From Patescibacteria group bacterium (GTDB lineage: Bacteria; Patescibacteriota; Patescibacteriia; Buchananbacterales; UBA6539): a DNA stretch of 64,000 bases. The DNA lies in the NCBI GenBank assembly GCA_041662625.1, contig JBAZSB010000001.1, positions 310,467 to 374,466 on the forward strand. The letters run 5' to 3'. Position numbers and translations under genes: made by a program. Shown here piece after piece: positions 49,068 through 57,786 of the stretch (position 1 is its first letter; every line of letters starts with the position of its first letter). The notes beneath the pieces are model-generated. The model made no database searches. It worked only from the letters and a program-made list of their open reading frames with translations, and was not told the origin of the DNA.

Positions 49068-50714
49068 TTATTTCTTGTCTCTTATTTCTTGTCTCTTATT
49101 TCTTGCTGCCGCAGCGATTAATCCTTTAAACAAAGGGTGCGGATTTAACGGCCTTGACTTTAACTCTGGATGAAACTGGGTACCAACAAAGAAAGGATGA
49201 TTAGCCACTTCAATTATTTCAACTAATTTTTTATCCGGGGACAACCCAGCTAATCTTAAGCCCTTTTTGATTAACTTCGCCCGATAATCATTATTGAATT
49301 CATAGCGATGGCGGTGGCGTTCACTAATCTTTCTTTGGCCGTAAAGTTTAAAACTCAGTGAATCCTTATCCAAAATACAAGGATAAGCCCCAAGCCGCAT
49401 CGTATTACCATATTGTTTCTTGGCTAACTTTTCTGCTTGGTCGGGCATAATATGAATTACTGGATACTTAGTCTTGGGATTAATCTCAGTTGTGTGAGCG
49501 CCTTTAAGTTTAACGACATTCCGGGCAAATTCAATTGTGGCCAGTTGCATGCCATAACAAAGCCCTAAAAAAGGAATTTTATTTTCCCGGGCATATTTAA
49601 TGGCTAAAATTTTTCCCTCAATTCCCCGACTACCAAAGCCACCGGGAACAACAATGCCGTCATAATTTTTTAGTTCTTTAACTAGGCCGGGCTTTTTTTC
49701 ATAAACATCAGAATTAATCCAGCTTATTTCTGCCTTAACCTTGTTTGCACCGCTGGCATGCTTGATTGCCTCAATTACTGAAATATAGGCATCAGGCAAA
49801 ATAAAATCACCAGAAGCAAAATATTTACCAATAATACCGATTTTAACAGCTTTAATCGCCCGCCTAGCTGCTAGCACCATCTTCTGCCAATCCTGCATAT
49901 TCCTTTTCTTCGGTCTAAGATGCAATTTATTTAAAATCTTTTCGCTAAGCCTTTCTTTTTCTAAAATTAAAGGGATTTCATAAATTGATTCTACATCCGG
50001 ATTGGAAATGACATCCTGCTTGGCGACATTACAGAAAGTAGAAATTTTATGTTTCCTCGGTTCGTCAACCGGCTTGGCCGAACGACAAACGATAAAATCC
50101 GGTTGAATTCCAGCGGCATTAATCTGTTGGACGGCATATTGAGTCGGCTTAGTCTTCATCTCGCCTAAAGTCCCGGGAATTGGCAGATAACTGACCAAAA
50201 CGAATAAGACATCGTGAGGATTTTGATAATGCATAATTCTGGCTGCTTCCAAAAATAGAATATTTTGATATTCGCCGACCGTGCCACCGACTTCAATAAT
50301 AGCAATATCAGCTTTAGATTTAACTGTTGCTTTTTTTATTCGTCTGATTACTTCTTCGGGAATATGCGGTACCACCTCAACACATTTTCCGCCGTACTCT
50401 AGATTTCTTTCGCGGCAAATTACTGACTGGTAAACCCGGCCCGTGGTCATGTAATTGTCCCTTAAAATATTGACACCTAAAAATCTCTCGTAGTTGCCAA
50501 TATCCTGATCGGTTTCATCACCATCTTCGGTAACAAAAACCTCGCCGTGCTCGACCGGGTTCATCGTACCGGCGTCAATATTAACATAAGGGTCAATTTT
50601 TAAGGCGGTTACTTTGTAACCCCGAGCTTGCAAGATTTTTCCAATTGAGGCAGTGGTAACGCCTTTGCCCACGCCGGACATCACCCCGCCCATGACAAAG
50701 ATAAATTTAGACAT
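49068..50714 (-). CDS. pyrG: CTP synthase
   Basis: GGVMSGVGKG, KIDPYVN, HGEVFV, KTKPTQ, PGGFG, GLCYGMQ, ERHRHRYE, QFHPE. Confidence 0.98.
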   Translation of the reverse strand: MSKFIFVMGGVMSGVGKGVTTASIGKILQARGYKVTALKIDPYVNIDAGTMNPVEHGEVFVTEDGDETDQDIGNYERFLGVNILRDNYMTTGRVYQSVICRERNLEYGGKCVEVVPHIPEEVIRRIKKATVKSKADIAIIEVGGTVGEYQNILFLEAARIMHYQNPHDVLFVLVSYLPIPGTLGEMKTKPTQYAVQQINAAGIQPDFIVCRSAKPVDEPRKHKISTFCNVAKQDVISNPDVESIYEIPLILEKERLSEKILNKLHLRPKKRNMQDWQKMVLAARRAIKAVKIGIIGKYFASGDFILPDAYISVIEAIKHASGANKVKAEISWINSDVYEKKPGLVKELKNYDGIVVPGGFGSRGIEGKILAIKYARENKIPFLGLCYGMQLATIEFARNVVKLKGAHTTEINPKTKYPVIHIMPDQAEKLAKKQYGNTMRLGAYPCILDKDSLSFKLYGQRKISERHRHRYEFNNDYRAKLIKKGLRLAGLSPDKKLVEIIEVANHPFFVGTQFHPELKSRPLNPHPLFKGLIAAAARNKRQEIRDKK

Positions 50715-50720
50715 ATTTTT

Positions 50721-50790
50721 GAATTAGGAATTAGGAATTAGGAATTAGGAATTGCTCATTCCTAACTCATAATTCATAATTCGTTATTCC
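50721..50790. repeat. heptamer palindromic element (GAATTAG family)
   Basis: (GAATTAG)4 GAATTG then CCTAACT CATAATT CATAATT CGTTATT. Confidence 0.8.
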
Positions 50791-50860
50791 TATTTAAAGC
50801 GACAAACCCACCTGGCGGTGGGCATAGATTATAAAAAATAAATTTTATTAAATTTAAGCA

Positions 50861-51307
50861 TCACTTCTGTTCAGCATTAATAATTAAAGTGATGACTGCT
50901 TCCAGTCCATGATCGAGATTAATTTTAACTTCATGTTCACCTAATTCCTTAATATGAGAAGCTCCGATCTGGTCCTTGGCAATATCAAAACCCTTAGCTT
51001 TTAGGGCAGCGGCAATTTTAGCTGGCGAAACCGCGGCGTAAAGTGTGCCTTCATCACTAGCCTTGGCGGCAATTTCTACTACCTGACCTTCCAATTGCTG
51101 AATTAGCTGTTCGGTTTTTTCTAAATCCGCTTCCGCCATTTTTTCTTCTTTAGCCTTTCTAGCTTCCAGTTCGGCAATCATGTCCGGCGTGGCTTCAACC
51201 GCTAAATTCTTGGGAAATAAAAAATTACGGGCATAGCCTAAGGCCACCTCTTTAACATCATCTTTTGTCCCTAAAGTTGGGACGTCTTTTAATAGAATTA
51301 CCTGCAT
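50861..51307 (-). CDS. rplI: 50S ribosomal protein L9
   Basis: MQVILLKDV..LG...V..GYARNFLFP, IKELGEH. Confidence 0.95.
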   Translation of the reverse strand: MQVILLKDVPTLGTKDDVKEVALGYARNFLFPKNLAVEATPDMIAELEARKAKEEKMAEADLEKTEQLIQQLEGQVVEIAAKASDEGTLYAAVSPAKIAAALKAKGFDIAKDQIGASHIKELGEHEVKINLDHGLEAVITLIINAEQK

Positions 51308-51328
51308 GGATTTTTTCATCTTAGTAAC

Positions 51329-51601
51329 TCATTTTATCTCAAAATCAGAAAACTCGCTAGTCGCTTCTGACCAGCTTTGTTCAATCTTTTGGACCATTGC
51401 TGGTCCAACTCCATTATAGCACCATTGAATAAAATCTTTCAAGTCTTTTTCCTCGCCTTCGGCAACTATTTCCACTATTCCACCTTCTAAGTTCCTAACA
51501 TAACCGGTAAATCTCCGTTTTTTAGCTTCATTACGGCCCACATAGCGATAACCAACCCCCTGAACCAGTCCGTGGATTTTTAAAGTCACGCGCTTAGCCA
51601 T
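51329..51601 (-). CDS. acyP: acylphosphatase
   Basis: GLVQGVGYR, GYVRNL, VEIVAEG. Confidence 0.93.
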   Translation of the reverse strand: MAKRVTLKIHGLVQGVGYRYVGRNEAKKRRFTGYVRNLEGGIVEIVAEGEEKDLKDFIQWCYNGVGPAMVQKIEQSWSEATSEFSDFEIK

Positions 51602-51636
51602 ATTTTTATAGAAATATCGGTTAATCCAAATTTATC

Positions 51637-53121
51637 TTATAATTTTCTCACTACTCCTTGGATAGTGTCAATCTCGACTTTATCACCGTCTTTTAAGACT
51701 TTGGTAGCAATTTTTGTCCCAACAAAACAGGGAATTTTTAACTCCCGGGCGACAATCGCGGCATGACTGGCAATTCCACCTTCATTAGTTATAATAGCCA
51801 AAGCTTTACGCATCAATGGCACAAATTCTATTCTGGTCATACTGGTAACGAGAATTTCATTTTTTTTAAATCTTTCTTTGGTCGGATTAAAAATTATTCT
51901 GGCAATACCGCGAACTATTTTTTTATTACCTTGATAGGCGACAAAACCTTTCACTTCTTTGGCATTTGACTGACTAGCTAATTTAAAAATTTTATTAATT
52001 TCTTTGCCGTAGAAATATTTGATCGGCTTATTCTTTTGAAAAACTGCAAGATAATTTTTATGACGCCCCAAGACATCTGACTTTTTCAACTTTTTGTTTC
52101 TTTTGAGTAGATTTAAAACATCATAAAAATCATAGCTGACGAGTTCTTGATAAGTGAGCCCATATAATTTTGATATATCCTCAATGAAACTTGCATAATA
52201 GTAAAAAAATTTTGCCTGGCCCAATTTTCTCTGATCAATCCAATAAATTGTTCGGGAAGAGAAATAGATGTCATCTTTATCTTTTTTTAACAATTGCAGC
52301 CTTGCTAGAATTTTTCTCCTGGCAAAATTAATATCTTTAGCTTTACTAATAATAGAGTTGAGTTCTCTCTGGACTTGGTTTATATTTTTTTGCAACAATT
52401 CTTTTTTAATATCATTAATAACTGAATTGACTGACAAGTGTGTAGCGGAATAAAAATCAGATTTAATCCAAAAATGACGTTTGATATAAGATTGAATTTC
52501 ATTTTTAATTTTAGTATCACCGCTGTTTTTATAAAATAGCAAGCAAAGCTGCAAAAAATCCTTTCTTTCCGCGTTTAAAAAAGACAGTTCTTTTGGCTCG
52601 CAAAGATCGCCAAAAATTTCTCTTGCCTTGTTTGAATCAAAATTATGCCTTTTAGCAAAAGCGGGAATTATTTCAGAATTAATTATTTCTCCCTTGTCTT
52701 CACCAACAGAAGAGTAATACCAAAATATTCTGCTCGCTTTAAGAAAATTCTCAAAATGATAAAGTATTATATTTGAAGTTATTTTTTTCTCTTTCTTGTA
52801 CCGGGCCCAGACCATGTCTATTCCCCTAATTGACGTCAAATGCTTGGCTATCATTTTATTCAAACTTAGCTTGTCTTTTAAATAATTGGAGTAAACTTTT
52901 TTGGCTAACACATCAACAAGATTCTGGCTGACAATTTGAAAATGATGAATCTTTTGGTTAAACATGAAAAAAAAGAATAGCGGGCTGAAATTTACCCCGT
53001 GCACAATTGAAGAATTAACGTAAGCGTCATAAGGAACACTGGCCACGGAAAGATTGGCGTTGGCATTCTGAATGTCAATTCTATTTTTGGTTAAATATTT
53101 TTCAACCGCTTGGATATTCAT
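51637..53121 (-). CDS. helical domain + PEP-utiliser mobile (phospho-His) domain protein, paralog 1
   Basis: EILVTSMT, ITNEGGIASHAAIVARELKIPCFVGT; no ATP-grasp. Confidence 0.85.
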   Translation of the reverse strand: MNIQAVEKYLTKNRIDIQNANANLSVASVPYDAYVNSSIVHGVNFSPLFFFFMFNQKIHHFQIVSQNLVDVLAKKVYSNYLKDKLSLNKMIAKHLTSIRGIDMVWARYKKEKKITSNIILYHFENFLKASRIFWYYSSVGEDKGEIINSEIIPAFAKRHNFDSNKAREIFGDLCEPKELSFLNAERKDFLQLCLLFYKNSGDTKIKNEIQSYIKRHFWIKSDFYSATHLSVNSVINDIKKELLQKNINQVQRELNSIISKAKDINFARRKILARLQLLKKDKDDIYFSSRTIYWIDQRKLGQAKFFYYYASFIEDISKLYGLTYQELVSYDFYDVLNLLKRNKKLKKSDVLGRHKNYLAVFQKNKPIKYFYGKEINKIFKLASQSNAKEVKGFVAYQGNKKIVRGIARIIFNPTKERFKKNEILVTSMTRIEFVPLMRKALAIITNEGGIASHAAIVARELKIPCFVGTKIATKVLKDGDKVEIDTIQGVVRKL

Positions 53122-53139
53122 ACTTTCTTTGAAATTTCC

Positions 53140-54084
53140 CTACAGAGTAGTAATCGGACGAGACTGGGTAATATAAAATTTACCCTTAGCATATGCCCAT
53201 TCGATGTCCTGGGGCTTAGTATAATGTCTTTCAATCTGAAGACAAATTTTGGCTAAAGCAATAATTTGATTATTACTAAGCACTTGAGCTTCTTTTTTAT
53301 TTTTTGCTACGATTTGCCAAACATTACCGCCGCTGCTCTTTCGGACTAACATTCTAGTTTTAGTCGCCAGGTTAATGTCTAAAATCTGAAAATTCCTTTT
53401 ATCTAAAACGTAACTGTCCGGCGTAATCTGACCTGAGACAATGGCTTCACCCAAGCCAAAACTGGCTTCAATAATCATTTGATTTTTATTCCTGGTCACT
53501 GGATGGACAGTGAAGGTAATGCCGGAGATTTCCGATTCCACCATTTGCTGAATAACCACCGCGACCGAAACTTTGGAATTGCGTAAACCTTTTTCAAAAC
53601 GGTAAAAAATTGCTCTGGGAGTAAAAAGAGATGACCAACACTCCTTAACTCGGCCTAATAGATTCTTTTCTGTCGTATTCAAATAGGTCTCCAGTTCCCC
53701 TGCCCAACTGGCTTGCGTTGAATCCTCAGCCGTGGCTGATGAGCGGACAGCGACAAACTTAGTTTTTAGTTTCTTGAATTCAATTAAAATTTCCTGGCCC
53801 AAATCTTTTGGCATTCTAGTGTCATGAATTAAGTCGCGGATGACATTAGAAGCCTGGTCAACTGAATTAATATCTTTATAATTTATTTTTTTCAACTGCG
53901 TCTTAATCTCTACCTGCAGATCGGTTTCAGCCAAAAATTGTTCAAAAGCTGAGGCTAAAATAACAAAGCCAGGTGGCACTGAAATTTTAGTCTGAATCAT
54001 TTCACCAAGCGACGCACCTTTGCCCCCGGCAATGCTAATATCTTTTTTAGAAATTTGCGCTAATGGTTTGATAAATTTTGACAT
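53140..54084 (-). CDS. stand-alone ATP-grasp (PPDK_N) domain of PEP synthase/PPDK type
   Basis: GGKGASLGEM, VPPGF, AVRSSATAED, AVVIQQMV, GLGEAIVSGQITPD, QDIEWA, QSRPITTL then stop. Confidence 0.92.
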   Translation of the reverse strand: MSKFIKPLAQISKKDISIAGGKGASLGEMIQTKISVPPGFVILASAFEQFLAETDLQVEIKTQLKKINYKDINSVDQASNVIRDLIHDTRMPKDLGQEILIEFKKLKTKFVAVRSSATAEDSTQASWAGELETYLNTTEKNLLGRVKECWSSLFTPRAIFYRFEKGLRNSKVSVAVVIQQMVESEISGITFTVHPVTRNKNQMIIEASFGLGEAIVSGQITPDSYVLDKRNFQILDINLATKTRMLVRKSSGGNVWQIVAKNKKEAQVLSNNQIIALAKICLQIERHYTKPQDIEWAYAKGKFYITQSRPITTL

Positions 54085-54089
54085 TTTTT

Positions 54090-54165
54090 AGAATCAAGAA
54101 TCAAGAATCAAGAATCAAGCAGTAACTTAGCACCCTTGATTCTTGATTCACGATTCATAATTCTT
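54090..54165. repeat. heptamer palindromic element (AGAATCA family)
   Basis: (AGAATCA)4-AGCAGTAACTTAGCACCC-TTGATTC TTGATTC ACGATTC ATAATTC. Confidence 0.85.
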
Positions 54166-54337
54166 CACTATTGTTTGTTCTTTAACTTAATAATATCAGA
54201 ATTTCCTTATTTATCAAATAAATTATTTCAATAAAATACTAATTTTAGCCAAAATTAACCAAAAGTAATTGACAAAACTAGTAAAATATGCTATTATTAT
54301 ATATTGCTCTCTAAAATAAAATTGGTTAAATTCGCGC

Positions 54338-54399
54338 CTGGTTGATTCAGATAAGCGGTAAATTGGTTTTCTGGTTTACCGCTTACTTGAATCAACCAG
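54338..54399 (+). other. long near-perfect hairpin in the 5' leader of the creatininase gene
   Basis: CTGGTTGATTCA-GA-TAAGCGGTAAA...TTTACCGCTTA-CT-TGAATCAACCAG; downstream of TTGACA 54269-17 nt-TATTAT. Confidence 0.75.
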
Positions 54400-54464
54400 T
54401 GGAATAAGGAAGAAGAGGCGCCACATTACGTGGCATAACACAGATAAGGAAAGGAATTGGAGAA

Positions 54465-55241
54465 ATGCTGAGACTACAGCAGATGTCCCACACACAGGTA
54501 GAAACGCACCTGCGAGAACACCCCAACGCGGTCGCGGTATTGGCGGTTGGCAGTACGGAACAGCATGGCTTTGGTCCGTGCGGCACCGACCACCTGATTG
54601 CCAAGTATCTGTCGCATCGTGTGACAGAAGGCGTCGAGAACACCGTGCTCGTACCCTCGATTGCCTACGGCATGAGCAAGCACCACACGTGGGCCAGCGG
54701 CACGATTTCGCTGCCGTGGGAACTCTTCCAGGGATTGGTCGCCAACGTATTGGAGGAGCTCTACCGGAGCGGGTTTCGGCGGGTGGTTATCATCAACGGA
54801 CACGGGGGCAATCACGAGCCGATCGAGATGGCCATCAAGTCCGTCCGGACCTTCCACAAAGATCTGCAGGTGCAGAACCGCCTGATGATCTACGTCCAGG
54901 TCGAGGAGAAGTACGAGAACCCGATTCGCGAGCAGATGCTCGAACTCTGCGCGGCAGTCGGCCAGCAAGAACTCTCGCATGCCGATGCACCGGAGTTTTC
55001 CCTCTTGTTCGCCATGTTCCCCACACTCCAGCAATATCTGGACGCCGACCTCGCCGAAATGCCGAAACTACCGGATTTGTCGGCGGTGACCGGCGTACGC
55101 GATCCCCAGGAGTGGAAAGCGAAGATGGCACCTTGCCGCGGTGGCAAGGGCGATCCCCGCGAAGCCAACCTGGAAGTTGGCGCAAAAGTCGTTCAGGCTC
55201 TCGTTGCCCAGTTAGTCGCAGACGCGACTACGGGCTGGTAA
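54465..55241 (+). CDS. creatininase/MftE family amidohydrolase (GC-rich cassette)
   Basis: GSTEQHG, GTD, YGMSKHH...GTISL, INGHGGN, HADAPE; hairpin 55262-55302 downstream. Confidence 0.9.
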   Translation: MLRLQQMSHTQVETHLREHPNAVAVLAVGSTEQHGFGPCGTDHLIAKYLSHRVTEGVENTVLVPSIAYGMSKHHTWASGTISLPWELFQGLVANVLEELYRSGFRRVVIINGHGGNHEPIEMAIKSVRTFHKDLQVQNRLMIYVQVEEKYENPIREQMLELCAAVGQQELSHADAPEFSLLFAMFPTLQQYLDADLAEMPKLPDLSAVTGVRDPQEWKAKMAPCRGGKGDPREANLEVGAKVVQALVAQLVADATTGW

Positions 55242-55326
55242 GAGCCCCATCGTAAGACGACAAAGAGGCGTACCTCGAGTTTTACTCTTGGTGCGCCTCT
55301 TTCCGTTTAGACTGTATTTTATTATT

Positions 55327-56160
55327 TTAAAGTTTACCCCGATTAATCCAAGCTACCGAAAAAATGACTGGCCAAAACCAGTTTTTATTATTTTTTGGCG
55401 CATTATTGTAATAGACACCTTGATTCAAATAAGCAATCCCTAGCCAGCGCCAACCGCCCAAATAAGCCAAACCTTTAGTCCAGGTATTGCCAATCATACC
55501 AATTGAAGGACAAATCAGATTCCGGCCTTCCCAGATTGCTTTTTCGTATTCAATATAATATTCTTTGACATCATAACCTTTTTCTCGAAGTTCATTGGCA
55601 ATAATTTCACAACGTTTAGCAATTTCTTCAACCAGGGCAAACTCCCCCACCCGGCCAGTCAGCCGACGGGTGCTGGTAATGGCAATGGTTGGTTTAATGC
55701 CTAAATTATTTTCTAACCAGGCAATGGCTTGGGAAATTTCATTTCGTTTTGATTCCAAAGTCAGGCCGGAATAATTAGAGATACTGGGCGTAGCAAACCA
55801 TTGACCGTCTTTGGCAAAAAAAGAAACCGAGATTTTTTCTTGGTCTTCGGGCCGGCCATAGGCTTGCAAAAATAATTTATGAGTGTAAGAATCTTTGAGC
55901 TGAGCACGCATTAAGCCTTCAACTTTACCCGATTTAACTAGATCAACAAGTACTTGGCTAGCTTCCTCTTCACTTTGAGTCGGAATACAATTTAAACCAT
56001 CAATTTTTGAACCAACCACGACTAAATCGGCGTAGTCACTGGCTTGAATCAAACTTTTGACGACTTCAGGTTGGGGATCAATAATACCAATGCCAATTTT
56101 CCGACGTTTTTGTTTAGCTTCGGTTAAAAATCGTTGTTCAATTTCACTGAGTTTTTCCAT
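55327..56160 (-). CDS. Mmp4/MtxX-like protein (phosphotransacetylase-like fold), paralog B
   Basis: KIGIG, VEGLMRAQL, PTIAI...R, EYYIEYE, PSIGMIGN; collinear with neighbouring paralog; start ATG 56160. Confidence 0.65.
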   Translation of the reverse strand: MEKLSEIEQRFLTEAKQKRRKIGIGIIDPQPEVVKSLIQASDYADLVVVGSKIDGLNCIPTQSEEEASQVLVDLVKSGKVEGLMRAQLKDSYTHKLFLQAYGRPEDQEKISVSFFAKDGQWFATPSISNYSGLTLESKRNEISQAIAWLENNLGIKPTIAITSTRRLTGRVGEFALVEEIAKRCEIIANELREKGYDVKEYYIEYEKAIWEGRNLICPSIGMIGNTWTKGLAYLGGWRWLGIAYLNQGVYYNNAPKNNKNWFWPVIFSVAWINRGKL

Positions 56161-56173
56161 ATGTCTATAAGGC

Positions 56174-57001
56174 CTATTTAACTTGGTTGTTACACAACGC
56201 CACGGCATGAATGATGTGCCAAAAAAAGTCTTTTTCATTCCTTGAGCCGTCTTCATAGACGACGCCCAAATCGAGGTAATTAGTCGTCAGTAATCGCCAG
56301 TCACCCAGATAAAGCAGCGATTTAATCCAGGAGTTGCCGACAAAGCCAATCGAAGGCACAATCAGATTGCGCCTGTCCCAGACCGCGGTTTCATATTCCA
56401 TGTAATATTCTTTGGCATCATAGCCCTTGCTGACTAAATATTCATAAAATTTAGTGCACTGTTCAGTAATATCATCAATCAACTTATATTTACCACGGTT
56501 ACTGGATGGCCGCAAAATTCCCATCACGGCAATCTTTGGCTCTACCCCTAAATCTTCTTTCATATGCCGGATAATCCTTTCCACTTCAAAAATTTTATCT
56601 TCTAAAGTTAAGCCTTGGTAGACAGAAGAAGTTGTAATAAAAAAGCTGTAATCGGCCTTTTGCATAATGCCAACATAAACTTTGTGGCTACTGGGAATTG
56701 GCGTCATCTGAAACTGCTTAAAAAACACCTCCAAAGTGTAAGAATCCTTGACCTGGCCGCGGACGATACCTTCGACTTTTTTTTCTTTAAGTAATTGGAT
56801 TAAAATTTCACTGGCTTTGTCCTGATCTGGCTCAACAATATTTTCAAAACCCTTTACTTTTGCCCCAACCACCACTAAATCAGCGTACTTTGAAGCCTTC
56901 TTTAAGCTTTTGATAGTTTCCGGAACCGGCCGCATAATGGCAATGCCGATTTTTCTTTTCTGCTTTTTGGCTTGCTCCAAAAATAATTTAGAAAAATCCA
57001 T
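56174..57001 (-). CDS. Mmp4/MtxX-like protein (phosphotransacetylase-like fold), paralog A
   Basis: KIGIA, VEGIVRGQV, TLEDK, PKIAVM...R, PSIGFVGN, YEDGSRN. Confidence 0.7.
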   Translation of the reverse strand: MDFSKLFLEQAKKQKRKIGIAIMRPVPETIKSLKKASKYADLVVVGAKVKGFENIVEPDQDKASEILIQLLKEKKVEGIVRGQVKDSYTLEVFFKQFQMTPIPSSHKVYVGIMQKADYSFFITTSSVYQGLTLEDKIFEVERIIRHMKEDLGVEPKIAVMGILRPSSNRGKYKLIDDITEQCTKFYEYLVSKGYDAKEYYMEYETAVWDRRNLIVPSIGFVGNSWIKSLLYLGDWRLLTTNYLDLGVVYEDGSRNEKDFFWHIIHAVALCNNQVK

Positions 57002-57010
57002 ATATTTTAA

Positions 57011-57784
57011 TTAATCATTAAAGATAAAAATTGGCTCTTGATAATGCCGGATTTTATTTTCTTCAAATCTTTGCCTGATTAGTTTTTTCAGCTGCTCGTT
57101 TTTCCAAACCAGTGACTTATTTTGCCGCAAAATCGTCATTGGTAAATCCAGCCTTAAAGCTCGCCCTGAAATTAAATGGCGGGTGATACCTGAAGGCACC
57201 TTTAAATTTTTTTCCGCCACTAAAATTATGTCTTGAGGTGTGAATTTTGGAAAAACAACTAAGGTCTTGCCTTGCTCATTTTTAGAAAAATCACTGGCAT
57301 TATCTAAACGATGGAATTTATAATGCTTATTATACAAATCAACCATTTTATTTAAAGCTTCAATTTGCTTAAAGAAATCCCCTTTTTTAATCGGGCGACA
57401 GATAATCTTGTTCCTCCGCAATTTGAATTTTTTAATCATTGGCTTACCAACCGTCTTTTTGAGCTGTAGAAAAAAGTCTTTAGCCGTAATCCCCAAAACC
57501 AAATGATTCCAGGTTTTTAATTCTAAGCCGGGGTTATCAGAAGTAACAATTTGAACAACAATATCTTTAAAGCCTAATTTTTTGAAAACCGTAGTTCGGT
57601 TCGCCCCATCCAAAACCACGAACTTTCCGGATTGACCGATTGGTGCGACTAACGGTGGATTAGTAAAAATTTTGTCTCTTTTTATTTTGTTACTTAGCCT
57701 TTTGACCCGGCTAGGATCAACAAATTCGTGTAGAACTAATTTTGACAGACTAACAACTTTTAGATTAGGTAAATTTTTGGTCAT
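57011..57784 (-). CDS. ParB/Srx-fold kinase, SbnI/SerK-like free serine kinase candidate
   Basis: LHE...P.R (Glu20), NPPLV, VLDGANR, TWNH, VPSGITRHLISGRALRL, RHYQEPIF. Confidence 0.75.
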   Translation of the reverse strand: MTKNLPNLKVVSLSKLVLHEFVDPSRVKRLSNKIKRDKIFTNPPLVAPIGQSGKFVVLDGANRTTVFKKLGFKDIVVQIVTSDNPGLELKTWNHLVLGITAKDFFLQLKKTVGKPMIKKFKLRRNKIICRPIKKGDFFKQIEALNKMVDLYNKHYKFHRLDNASDFSKNEQGKTLVVFPKFTPQDIILVAEKNLKVPSGITRHLISGRALRLDLPMTILRQNKSLVWKNEQLKKLIRQRFEENKIRHYQEPIFIFND

Positions 57785-57786
57785 AA

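Noticed and set aside
53140-54084. Frameshifted ppsA pseudogene
   Set aside because: The ORF ends cleanly at the domain boundary, the next gene has its own start and a long unrelated N-domain, and no TIM-barrel remnant is seen
54465-55241. Creatininase as a member of the dikinase operon or a mycofactocin cluster
   Set aside because: Opposite strand, different composition, own promoter and terminator; no precursor peptide or radical SAM gene. A functional link is not excluded but is unsupported
54474-55255. Overlapping alternative ORFs in the creatininase gene
   Set aside because: Shadow frames expected from high GC; only 54465-55241 has family motifs
56161-56256. Extended start of the 55327 ORF overlapping its paralog
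   Set aside because: Alignment with the paralog supports ATG 56160
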